The translations under genes were made by a program, and so were the position numbers. From contig JBDKSM010000034.1 of NCBI GenBank assembly GCA_039680665.1, forward strand, positions 4,206 to 68,205: a DNA stretch of 64,000 bases, given 5' to 3'. The notes below the pieces were generated by a model. The model was not told where the DNA came from and ran no database searches. It worked only from the letters and a program-made list of their open reading frames with translations. The stretch comes from Syntrophaceae bacterium (GTDB lineage: Bacteria; Desulfobacterota; Desulfomonilia; UBA1062). This document shows, piece after piece, positions 1 to 8,354 of the stretch; position 1 is the first letter of the stretch, and each line of letters opens with the position of its first letter.

Positions 1-1
1 A

Positions 2-637
2 GGCTACAAGGCCATCGGCGGTCTCCTGGTGGAAAAGGGCATGCCCGGCTTCTCCTTCGGCAAGCAGGAGGAGTTCATGGGCTTGCGCGGCATGCCGTCC
101 TGCGATCTGATCTTCGAGGACGTGCGCGTGCCCAAAGCCAACCTGGTGGTCAAACCGGGAGACTTCAACAAGCTCATGAGCACCTTCGACATCGAGCGCT
201 GCGGCAATGCCGCCATGTGCCTGGGCGTGGCCGGCGGCGCGCTGGAGGTTTCAAAGGCCTATGCCATGGAGCGCCAGGCCTTCGGCCGCCCCATCTGTGA
301 CTTCCAGGCCATCCAGTTCATGACCGTGGACATGGCCATGCAGCTCGACGCCGCGCGCCTGCTGGTCTATCGCGCGGCCTGCGGCGCCGGCCAGGGATTG
401 CCGTCCATCTACGAGGCCTCCATGGCCAAGTGCTTTGCCAACGAGATGGTCATCGCGGTCACCAACACCGCCATGCAGATCTTCGGCGGCTACGGCTACA
501 GCAAGGAGTTCCCGGTGGAACGCATGCTGCGCGACGGCCGCGCCTGGTGCGTGGCGGGCGGCACGGTGCAGATGCTCAGGATCACGCTGGCCAGCTTCCT
601 CTATGGAAGGCGCTTCGACCAGCGCAAGGCTAATTGA
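2..637 (+). CDS. acyl-CoA dehydrogenase (C-terminal part; 5' end outside window)
   Basis: Frame open from window edge; motifs MGLRG..CDLIFEDVRVP, ERQAFGRPI.DFQAIQF, QIFGGYGYSKEFPVERMLRD. Confidence 0.95.
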   Translation, partial: GYKAIGGLLVEKGMPGFSFGKQEEFMGLRGMPSCDLIFEDVRVPKANLVVKPGDFNKLMSTFDIERCGNAAMCLGVAGGALEVSKAYAMERQAFGRPICDFQAIQFMTVDMAMQLDAARLLVYRAACGAGQGLPSIYEASMAKCFANEMVIAVTNTAMQIFGGYGYSKEFPVERMLRDGRAWCVAGGTVQMLRITLASFLYGRRFDQRKAN

Positions 638-655
638 CAAAAGGAGGTTTTTAAG

Positions 656-1096
656 ATGGGCGTGTACTATAAGGACGCGGACGACCTGTACCGGATTTAC
701 GGCTACTTCATGGACCGGATTCTCAAGGACGACAAGATCGGCCCCAAGATGGCCAAGGCCGGCATCATCATCAAGTTCATCTACACCGACCCCGAGGCCG
801 AGATCACCATCGACCTCAAGAACCCACCTAACAAACCGGGGTATCACGGCAATTACTATCTGGGTCCGTGCGACCTCAAGGAAGACGTGTGGTCCAAGCA
901 GGCCGCGGACTTTTCGCACTCCTTCTGGCACGGCCACGAAAACCCGGTGGCGGCCGTGACCAGGGGCAAGGTCAAGCAGGGTGGCAAGGTCACGGCCATG
1001 CTCAAGCTCCTGCCCGTGGTGCGCCCCGCCTTCCAGATGTTCCCGGTGGCGCTCAAGGAAATGGGGCTCGACAACCTGATCATTGCCAAGAAATAG
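656..1096 (+). CDS. SCP2 (sterol carrier protein 2)-like lipid-binding protein
   Basis: AAGGAGG RBS; FWHG.ENPVAAVTRGKVK..G.V..MLKL is typical of the SCP2 fold C-terminus. Confidence 0.8.
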   Translation: MGVYYKDADDLYRIYGYFMDRILKDDKIGPKMAKAGIIIKFIYTDPEAEITIDLKNPPNKPGYHGNYYLGPCDLKEDVWSKQAADFSHSFWHGHENPVAAVTRGKVKQGGKVTAMLKLLPVVRPAFQMFPVALKEMGLDNLIIAKK

Positions 1097-1107
1097 CGGC
1101 TGACATC

Positions 1108-1168
1108 TCGCCCCCATCCCCACCCCTATTTCCCCGTCAGGGGCCAGGGTGATGGGGGCGTGTTTTTT
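1108..1168 (+). repeat. GC-rich palindromic element / possible terminator
   Basis: CGCCCCCATC...GATGGGGGCG stem followed by TGTTTTTT; related to elements near 42350 and 45110. Confidence 0.6.
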
Positions 1169-1196
1169 CATACTTTTATTCAAGGGAGGAGGACTC

Positions 1197-1931
1197 ATGA
1201 ACACCGTTAAACGCCTAAAAATTCAGGTACTCTTGTCGGTCATGACCATGTTGGAAAAGCACCCTGTCCTGGTGCGGTTTTTTCTGAAGCCCATCGCCAA
1301 TGCGCCGCTCTTGTCAAAGCGGCTGCAGGTGTTGATCAGGGCCTTCATGGGCGCCACGGCCTTCGAGATCCATGATGTGGACCTGAAAAACGGCCGCATC
1401 GGCATCGGCGGGGTGGAGGAGATCATGGCCGGCGCGGTCATCATCAAGCTCCTGCATGTGCTCCTGGCCGAGAAGCTGGGTGAGGAGGAGAAGAACCGCA
1501 CCCTGTATGACCTGGGCGTCCAGCTGTGCACGTGGGAGGTTACGCAGTCTTTGGCGCATGGCAGGTGGGTGCCCAAGGTGCTGGTGCCGCTGATCGTGCA
1601 CAGCCGGATCATCGATGAAGTGCAGGGCAACCCGCTCATGGCGCGTTTCTTCAACAAGACCATGAACATGGTTTCGCGTCTGATCACGGATGAAGGCGGC
1701 TGGGGACATCTGGATTTCGATTTTTCCTCCCTGCCCCTGAAAGTCATGCTCTCCAATTCACAGGAGGCGCGCTGGCTGCCCAATTCCAGCAGGCCGGTGT
1801 GCCATTTCTATGCCGGCATCGTGGCCGGGTATGCCGCTGCCATATCCGGGGAAAAGCTGCATGTGGAGGAAGTCGCCTGCAAGGCCATGGGCGCCCCGCA
1901 GTGCGTCTTCCATGTGCACAGGTCCGCTTAA
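1197..1931 (+). CDS. V4R (4-vinyl reductase) domain protein
   Basis: GGAGGAGG RBS before ATG 1197; GGWG, PVCHFYAGIVAG, VEEVACKAMGAPQCVF. Confidence 0.85.
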   Translation: MNTVKRLKIQVLLSVMTMLEKHPVLVRFFLKPIANAPLLSKRLQVLIRAFMGATAFEIHDVDLKNGRIGIGGVEEIMAGAVIIKLLHVLLAEKLGEEEKNRTLYDLGVQLCTWEVTQSLAHGRWVPKVLVPLIVHSRIIDEVQGNPLMARFFNKTMNMVSRLITDEGGWGHLDFDFSSLPLKVMLSNSQEARWLPNSSRPVCHFYAGIVAGYAAAISGEKLHVEEVACKAMGAPQCVFHVHRSA

Positions 1932-1998
1932 GGCATAACAACCTGTCATCAACAACTTATGTCATTTTCAATAGCATTTTGAATGAAGGGGGGAAGGT

Positions 1999-2697
1999 AT
2001 GAACAGGATGCTCTGTCTGGCGATTGTGTTGATTCTGCTCGGGCATACGCCTGCGGGTGCGGATGATGGCGGCTGGAAATTGGTTAAGGAACGCGACGCT
2101 ATCAGGGTCTATAACCGCGATGTCCCCGGCAGCGCTATCGATGAATTCAAGGGTGTGGGCATCGTGGACGCCCGGCTGGAGGTGCTGGCCGCGATCCTGC
2201 GCGATGTAGAGGCGGCCGAGGATTGGATGGCCGACACCGTGCATGCCGAAAAGATCAAGCAGCTCGAAGGCGAGGACATGATCGTCCTCAATATCACCAA
2301 GCTACCGTGGCCGCTCAAGCGGCGCGAATCCCTGGTGCATATCGTGGTCAGCATGGATTATAGGCGCGGATATGCCGTGATCGATATGCGGGGCATTGAC
2401 GATGCGCAGCTGCGGCCCGTGGCCGAAAACCATGTGCGCATGAAGTATGTGCATGCCGCCGTCATCCTGGAATATGTCGACCGGGAGCATACGCGCGTCA
2501 CCTATACGGCCAAGCTCGATCCGGGTGGCGTTATCCCCATTGCCGTTGCCAACCTGGTCGTGGTCAGGATACCCTTTGAATCCATCAGCGCCCTGCGCCG
2601 CTTGGCCGCTCAGGAAAAATTCGTCATTGCCGGCAGGAATTCCAGGGATCGCGCGATCATCGATGAAAATGTGGCCCTGGGCTATCTCAAACCCTAG
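1999..2697 (+). CDS. secreted START-domain lipid-binding protein
   Basis: Signal peptide ending AGA; WKLVKERDAIRVY, LPWPLKRRE, DPGGVIP..VAN. Confidence 0.85.
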   Translation: MNRMLCLAIVLILLGHTPAGADDGGWKLVKERDAIRVYNRDVPGSAIDEFKGVGIVDARLEVLAAILRDVEAAEDWMADTVHAEKIKQLEGEDMIVLNITKLPWPLKRRESLVHIVVSMDYRRGYAVIDMRGIDDAQLRPVAENHVRMKYVHAAVILEYVDREHTRVTYTAKLDPGGVIPIAVANLVVVRIPFESISALRRLAAQEKFVIAGRNSRDRAIIDENVALGYLKP

Positions 2698-2761
2698 CCC
2701 GGGATTGTGTTCATAATTAATGTTACTGATCGTAGGATGCCTTTGAAGGAGGCTGTCGCAC

Positions 2762-3595
2762 ATGTCCTGGAGACCCACATGGTGGTTGTCGTTTCTCGCC
2801 AAGGTCTGGCCCATCACCGGCCTCAGCGCCAAGGCCATCCAGATCCCCGTCATCGGCAAGATACTTGCGGCCATGGCGGTCCCACTGTTCTCGGGCCGGA
2901 ATTTCAATGTTTCCTATCTGCCCATCAATAGGGAATTGAAAAGCCCGCAGAACGTTTATCTGCCCTTGCAGGTGCTGGAGGAGCTTATCAAGCGCTCGGC
3001 CTATCGCGTTACCATCAACCGCTGCCACTGCCGAGACTCCAAGGGCTGCAAGAATTACCCCATAGAGAACTCCTGTCTTCTCATGGGACAGGGCACCATG
3101 GATCTGGCGCCATGGATCGCCCAGCCGCTGGGAGTAGGCGAGGCCATCGCGCATGCCAGGCATATGGTGGGCCTCGGCCTGACCCCCATGATAGGCCGTG
3201 TCCTGATGGACAACCTGTTCTACGGCATCCCGAATACCGGCACGCTGCTCACGGTCTGTTTCTGTTGTCACTGCTGCTGTACGGTCATGTCTTCCGCCCA
3301 ATACCTCCCCCCGAAGGCCAAGGATTCCATCGTAAGACTCAAAGGCATGACGATCACGGTTGATGAGCAGATCTGCAAAGACTGCCGAAGCCGGGAGTGC
3401 TTGGAGGGATGCATCGTCAAGGCCTTTACCTTTGACAAGGGCAAGGTCTTCCATGATGCACAAAAGTGCAAGGGCTGCGGCTGGTGCGTTTCCTTGTGTC
3501 CGCAGAAGGCGGTACAAGCCGAAGTGGCGGACATGAACGCGGCGGTTGAAGAGGTGATCGGCCGTATCGAAAGCATGATCAACTATAGTTCCTGA
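2762..3595 (+). CDS. 4Fe-4S ferredoxin-domain protein (CxCR / CxCCxCCC family)
   Basis: CHCR..KGC, CFCCHCCC, C-terminal CKDC...CLEGC and CKGCGWCVSLCP. Confidence 0.85.
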   Translation: MSWRPTWWLSFLAKVWPITGLSAKAIQIPVIGKILAAMAVPLFSGRNFNVSYLPINRELKSPQNVYLPLQVLEELIKRSAYRVTINRCHCRDSKGCKNYPIENSCLLMGQGTMDLAPWIAQPLGVGEAIAHARHMVGLGLTPMIGRVLMDNLFYGIPNTGTLLTVCFCCHCCCTVMSSAQYLPPKAKDSIVRLKGMTITVDEQICKDCRSRECLEGCIVKAFTFDKGKVFHDAQKCKGCGWCVSLCPQKAVQAEVADMNAAVEEVIGRIESMINYSS

Positions 3596-3627
3596 TCATG
3601 GCCGGATGCTTATGTGCTTCGCGGCGG

Positions 3628-3691
3628 GCAAGAAACCATCGGGGCCCGGTCTCACCATTGGATATTTTGTTGATGGTTGAGACCAGACCTC
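3628..3691 (+). repeat. REP-like element, copy 1
   Basis: GCAAGAAACCATCGGGGCCC identical to 17155-17174; GGTCTCA-CCAT...ATGG-TTGAGACC hairpin. Confidence 0.65.
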
Positions 3692-3864
3692 GTTATTCCG
3701 CATGACCACCAGGCCCTCTGTAGTGAGTACGGATTACAGGGTAAGTATGTCCGGATATAATGTTCTATAATAAATTGATCAGTGCCATAAATGGAATTGA
3801 TGGAAAAGATGAGATGTTATCTTGGATCATTGATGCTTAACCTGATGTAATAAATATTAAGGTG

Positions 3865-3893
3865 TTGTAATTATATTTAAAACATAGTATAAT
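3865..3893 (+). promoter_or_regulatory. sigma70-type promoter of FYDLN gene
   Basis: TTGTAA-17 nt-TATAAT in an AT-rich intergenic region. Confidence 0.55.
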
Positions 3894-3941
3894 CAAGAGC
3901 TACTGAAATTGAAACATGCCAGTAAGAAAGGATAGATTATA

Positions 3942-4349
3942 ATGAAAAATATTGGAGCTGCTGCTTCGAAGAAGAAGCAACCCGAGATAAATGAGCTTCC
4001 TGCCGCTGTAATGGAGTCACCCCGGAAGACGGAGATTTTTCCGAAGGATCTTGGGAAACGATACAAGTGCTACAAGTGCTGTACCATGTTTTATGACCTG
4101 GGAAGACCAGAGCCCCTTTGTCCTTCATGTGGAGTCAATCAAAATGATGCGAAAAAAGGGATTCACAAGAGAAAGAGAGGAAGACGTTGGTCCTCTACTC
4201 TCGCAAGCGCGGAAGATCGCCGCATAACTGCTCCAATAGAGAACGGCGATGTTATCGAGGCTGTTGATGAAGGCGATGCGGAATGCTCTTTAGATATGGA
4301 TGACATTGTCTTTGATGAGCATACAGATACAGATAATAGTGATGAATAG
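3942..4349 (+). CDS. FYDLN_acid (TIGR02300-like) zinc-ribbon protein
   Basis: DLGKRYKCYKCCTMFYDLGRPEPLCPSCG followed by an acidic tail. Confidence 0.85.
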   Translation: MKNIGAAASKKKQPEINELPAAVMESPRKTEIFPKDLGKRYKCYKCCTMFYDLGRPEPLCPSCGVNQNDAKKGIHKRKRGRRWSSTLASAEDRRITAPIENGDVIEAVDEGDAECSLDMDDIVFDEHTDTDNSDE

Positions 4350-4572
4350 TAATCCTGCGACGATCGGTTCCCTTGCAGAATGACCGACTATCCCGTTAGA
4401 TCAGTGTTGGATACTACTACAAACAGAATGTTAAGATATCACCCTGAGCCCTCCGTTCCTTAAGGATAAACTTAAGCCAAGGATCTCAGGCCTCAAAAAT
4501 CATCACCGCTCCTTTTTTAGCAACAGCCACCAGGTAAGAGTTGACAGCAAGACGCATGCAGATTAGGCAGGG

Positions 4573-6710
4573 GTGGTGCGCGAGACCTTTTATCTCCAGC
4601 TTGCCCGGGAACTGGGCATCGGGCCCCGGCAGGTGGAAGCGGTGGATGCCCTGCTCTCAGGCGGCGCGACCGTGCCCTTCATCGCCCGCTACCGCAAGGA
4701 GCGGACCGGTTCCCTTGATGAGGTCGCCATCGCGGCCATCCGGGACCGGCTCTCTGAGCTAACGCAGCTTGATGCCAGGCGCGAGGTGATCCTCAAATCC
4801 CTGGCCGAGCAGGAAGTCCTCAGTGATAAACTGCGCGGCGCCGTACTGGCGGCCAACAGCATGGCCGTGCTGGAAGACATCTATCTGCCCTTCCGCCCCA
4901 AGCGTCGCACCAGGGCTACAATCGCGCGCGAGAAAGGCCTGGAGAAGCTCGCTGACCTGCTTTTCCCGCAACCGGACGGGCTAGACCCGCTGAGTCAGGC
5001 GCGGGCCTTCATCAATGAGGACTTGGGCGTGGAAACAGTGGAAGACGCCCTGCAGGGCGCCCGTGATATCATGGCCGAGCGCATCGCGGAAGACGCCGCC
5101 CTACGTGGCGCTCTGCGGGCCTTTTTCGAAAAGAGGCCCGCATCGTTTCCGAGGTCACGAAAGGCAAAGAAGAAGAGGCGCATACCTATCGGGATTATTT
5201 CGCCTGGCAAGAACCGGCCGGCAAGGCCGCTTCCCACCGCATCCTGGCCATGCTGCGCGGTCAGGCGGAAGGCTTCCTCAAGCTTACGTTCCGGCCGGAT
5301 GAAGGCCAGGCCCTCCTGCGCATCGAGCGGCAGGTCTGCCGGAAAAACAATAGCTGTACACCGCAGGTGCGCCTGGCGGCACACGACGGCTACAAGCGGC
5401 TCCTGGCGCCATCGCTGGAGAACGAGCTGAAATCCACGCTCAAGACCCGCGCGGATGAAGAGTCCATAAGGGTGTTCGCCAAGAACCTGCGCGAGCTCCT
5501 CATGGCTTCTCCCCTGGGCGGCCGCCGGGTGCTGGCCATCGACCCGGGATTCCGCACCGGCTGCAAGGTGGTGTGTCTTGACGGCCAGGGCTCTCTGCTG
5601 CGGCATGACGTGATCTTCCCCACGCAGTCGACCACCCGCGCGGAAGAGGCCGGCCGGACCATGCGGGAGCTTGTCGGGCGCTATGACATCGAGGCCGTTG
5701 CCATCGGCAACGGGACCGCCGGCCGCGAGACCGAGGCCTTTGTGCGGGGTCTTGATCTCAAGCTCCCCATAATCATGGTCAACGAGAGCGGGGCCTCGGT
5801 CTACTCCGCCTCCGAGGCGGCCCGCCGTGAATTTCCCGATCAGGATGTGACCGTGCGCGGCGCGGTCTCCATCGGCCGGCGCCTACAAGACCCCCTGGCG
5901 GAGCTGGTCAAGATCGACCCGAAATCAATCGGTGTGGGCCAGTACCAGCACGATGTCGATCAGGCCAAGCTCAAGGCCAAGCTGGATGAAGTGGTCGAGA
6001 GCTGCGTGAATGCCGTGGGCGTCGAGGTCAATACCGCGAGCCCGGAGCTGATCACCTATGTCTCCGGCCTGGGGCCGACCCTGGCCGGCAACATCATTGC
6101 CTATCGTGCCGAGCATGGACCTTTCCCCAGCCGGGCCGCGCTCAAGAAGGTCCCCCGGCTGGGGCCCAAGGCCTTTGAGCAGGCCGCGGGTTTTCTGCGC
6201 ATCCGGGATGGGGCGCAGCCCCTGGATGCCGGCGCCGTGCACCCGGAGCGCTACCCTATCGTGGAGCGCATGGCCGCGGACCTTACATGTAGTGTGACCG
6301 ATCTGATGCGGGACGAGGGCCTGCGCGCCCGCATCGACCTTAGCCGCTATCTGAGCGAGGCCGTGGGCGAGCCCACGCTCAAGGATATCCTGGCCGAACT
6401 TGCCAAGCCCGGCCGCGACCCCCGGCAAACCTTCGAAGCCTTTGCCTTTGCCGAAGGCGTGCACAGCCTGGAAGATCTTAAGCCCGGCATGGAGCTGCCG
6501 GGCATCGTCACCAATGTCATCAACTTCGGGGCCTTCGTGGATATCGGCGTGCACCAGGACGGGCTGGTGCACATCAGCCAGCTCGCGGAGCGCTATGTGA
6601 AAGACCCCAACGAGGTGGTCAAGGTGAACCAGAAGGTCATGGTGCGCGTGCTGGAAGTGGACGTGAAACGCCGGCGTATCGCGCTGACAATGCGCCGGGC
6701 AAAAGCATAG
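4573..6710 (+). pseudogene. tex: Tex/YhgF S1-domain transcription accessory protein, split by a 1-nt frameshift near 5128-5133
   Basis: N-part GATVPFIARYRKERTGSLDEV, LEDIYLPFRPKRRTRA; continues in the -1 frame EARIVSEV...YRDYF..SHRILAM, IDPGFRTGCK, DPKSIGVGQYQHDV, S1 FGAFVDIGVHQDGLVHIS. Confidence 0.9.
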
Positions 6711-6881
6711 CAGGATCTCATCCCGGAGACCCCCGAAAGTCTCCATCAGGCATTTGACGGCTTGAGGTGAAGCGTGCTACAAGGAAATTCCTCATGAATG
6801 CCGCCCCCGACAAGCCCTTCAAGGCCCGGGGTGCGTCTATAGGACCGATCATGGCCGCCGCCGTTCAATAGTGGGCGCGGA

Positions 6882-7352
6882 TTACTCCTCAGGCAGGGGA
6901 ATAATCTTTACCTTGGCCGAGCCCTTGCCGGAGAAGCCCAGCTCTTGCGCCGCTTTTTTGGTCAGGTCAATAATTTCGTAGCCGCGCTTTCGGCAACGAT
7001 CATTAATTCTCACCACCACCGACTTGTCGTTGGCCATGTTGATCACCTTCACTTTGGTGCCATGCGGAAGGCTCGGATGGGCCGCCGTCAATTTGTTATG
7101 ATCAAAGATCTGGCCGGAATTGGTTCGCCTGCCTTGGAACCTCTTGGCGTAGTAGACCGCCACACCTTCAAAGCCTTCAGCTTCCCGTGGATTGGAAGAT
7201 GCCTCTTGTATCGTTTCGTCCGGCGTTGATGGTACAGGATCTTCCGCCCGCACGGTGCGCACGGCGCACCCCAAGGCTATGTGACATACCAGAACCAGCA
7301 CTATCAACCGCCCTGTCGTTTTCTGAGGAAGCATACCAGACATAATGACCAT
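6882..7352 (-). CDS. rlpA: septal ring lytic transglycosylase RlpA family (DPBB)
   Basis: GVAVYYAKRFQGRRTNSG, LTAAHPSLPHGT.VKV.N, VVVRINDR, IIDLT..AA..LG; start uncertain. Confidence 0.9.
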   Translation of the reverse strand: MVIMSGMLPQKTTGRLIVLVLVCHIALGCAVRTVRAEDPVPSTPDETIQEASSNPREAEGFEGVAVYYAKRFQGRRTNSGQIFDHNKLTAAHPSLPHGTKVKVINMANDKSVVVRINDRCRKRGYEIIDLTKKAAQELGFSGKGSAKVKIIPLPEE

Positions 7353-7671
7353 GATCGCTCAGAATAGGATTGGGTGTCAAGATCTCCCCCATTGCGGCCA
7401 CCGGGGCACCCATGAAAGATCCTTTAAGTCCACTAAACACCTGTAACATGCTTGGTTATTCTACCCCGACCTTAGCGGTATCTGGAACTTTATTTCCATC
7501 CTGATGGGCAATAAAGTGCCTACAGAATAAGATCATATGCAATAGGGCCTCAGGTCGGTAACGGATCTGCCACGGTGCGCAGTATGGCCAACGTTGCCTG
7601 GGCCATGATCTTATCCGGTATTCATCGATGAGATACGTGGCGCCGTTGGCTGAGCATCTTTATGGCGGAAC

Positions 7672-7688
7672 TTGGCACATAGGTTGCT
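7672..7688 (+). promoter_or_regulatory. sigma54 (-24/-12) promoter
   Basis: TTGGCAC-ATAGG-TTGCT matches TGGCAC-N5-TTGC(A/T), ~40 nt upstream of the PilZ gene. Confidence 0.8.
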
Positions 7689-7728
7689 TTTAATTTATGC
7701 AGCATGAAACAAAAAGGAGTCAAAATGT

Positions 7729-8106
7729 ATGCAGCTCAGATCAAGAACAATGATTGATGCCGGCTCCAGAGTTAAGGAAGAACGGAAATGCCCGCGCAAG
7801 CCTCTGGAAGACAAGGCCTTGCTCATGATTCTTACCGGAGCAGTCGATGTTCTGGAGCGCGCATGCGTGCAGGATATCAGTAAACATGGTGTTTGCTTCA
7901 ACAATGTGGAGCCGATCAAGGGCTTTACCAAAGACAAGGATCGCGTCGGCCCGGACCAGACCGTCATGGCGTATTTTGAGAACCATCCGCTCACATTGAT
8001 CGGTACGCTGAAGAGGGTTGACGATACATCCGGTCGCATGGCCTTATATGTGAAGAGATCCTCCAACCAGGAACTGTGGGAGAGCCTCTGCACCCCTGAG
8101 AAGTAG
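7729..8106 (+). CDS. single-domain PilZ protein
   Basis: RxxxR (RKCPR) and DxSxxG (DISKHG) motifs; AAGGAG RBS. Confidence 0.75.
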   Translation: MQLRSRTMIDAGSRVKEERKCPRKPLEDKALLMILTGAVDVLERACVQDISKHGVCFNNVEPIKGFTKDKDRVGPDQTVMAYFENHPLTLIGTLKRVDDTSGRMALYVKRSSNQELWESLCTPEK

Positions 8107-8291
8107 GCCGGCCTCCCCTCCTAAAAAAACTGATACATTCCGATAAAGCGCCTATGGACAATGCCATCGCTGACACTTAGGGTGGCATCCTACTGTTTGT
8201 TTCTCGATGTCATTCTGAACCCTTCGTTTCGCTAGATAGACTCAGTGAAGAACTTCGAGTTCTCTGTGCGCTCCGCGACGCTAGCGAGCGA

Positions 8292-8314
8292 GTGGTGAAA
8301 GTCTTTTTCACCAC
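8292..8314. terminator. hairpin between convergent genes, inside a larger imperfect palindrome
   Basis: GTGGTGAAA-gtctt-TTTCACCAC. Confidence 0.5.
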
Positions 8315-8354
8315 GGTGGCAAGCTACGGAGAAAGGCGAAGAGCAGCTACAATT

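Noticed and set aside
7725-7757. Short ORF MYAAQIKNND right after the AAGGAG RBS of the PilZ gene (possible frameshift or uORF)
   Set aside because: ATG 7729 is also acceptably spaced and gives a complete PilZ domain; no evidence is available to prefer the alternative.
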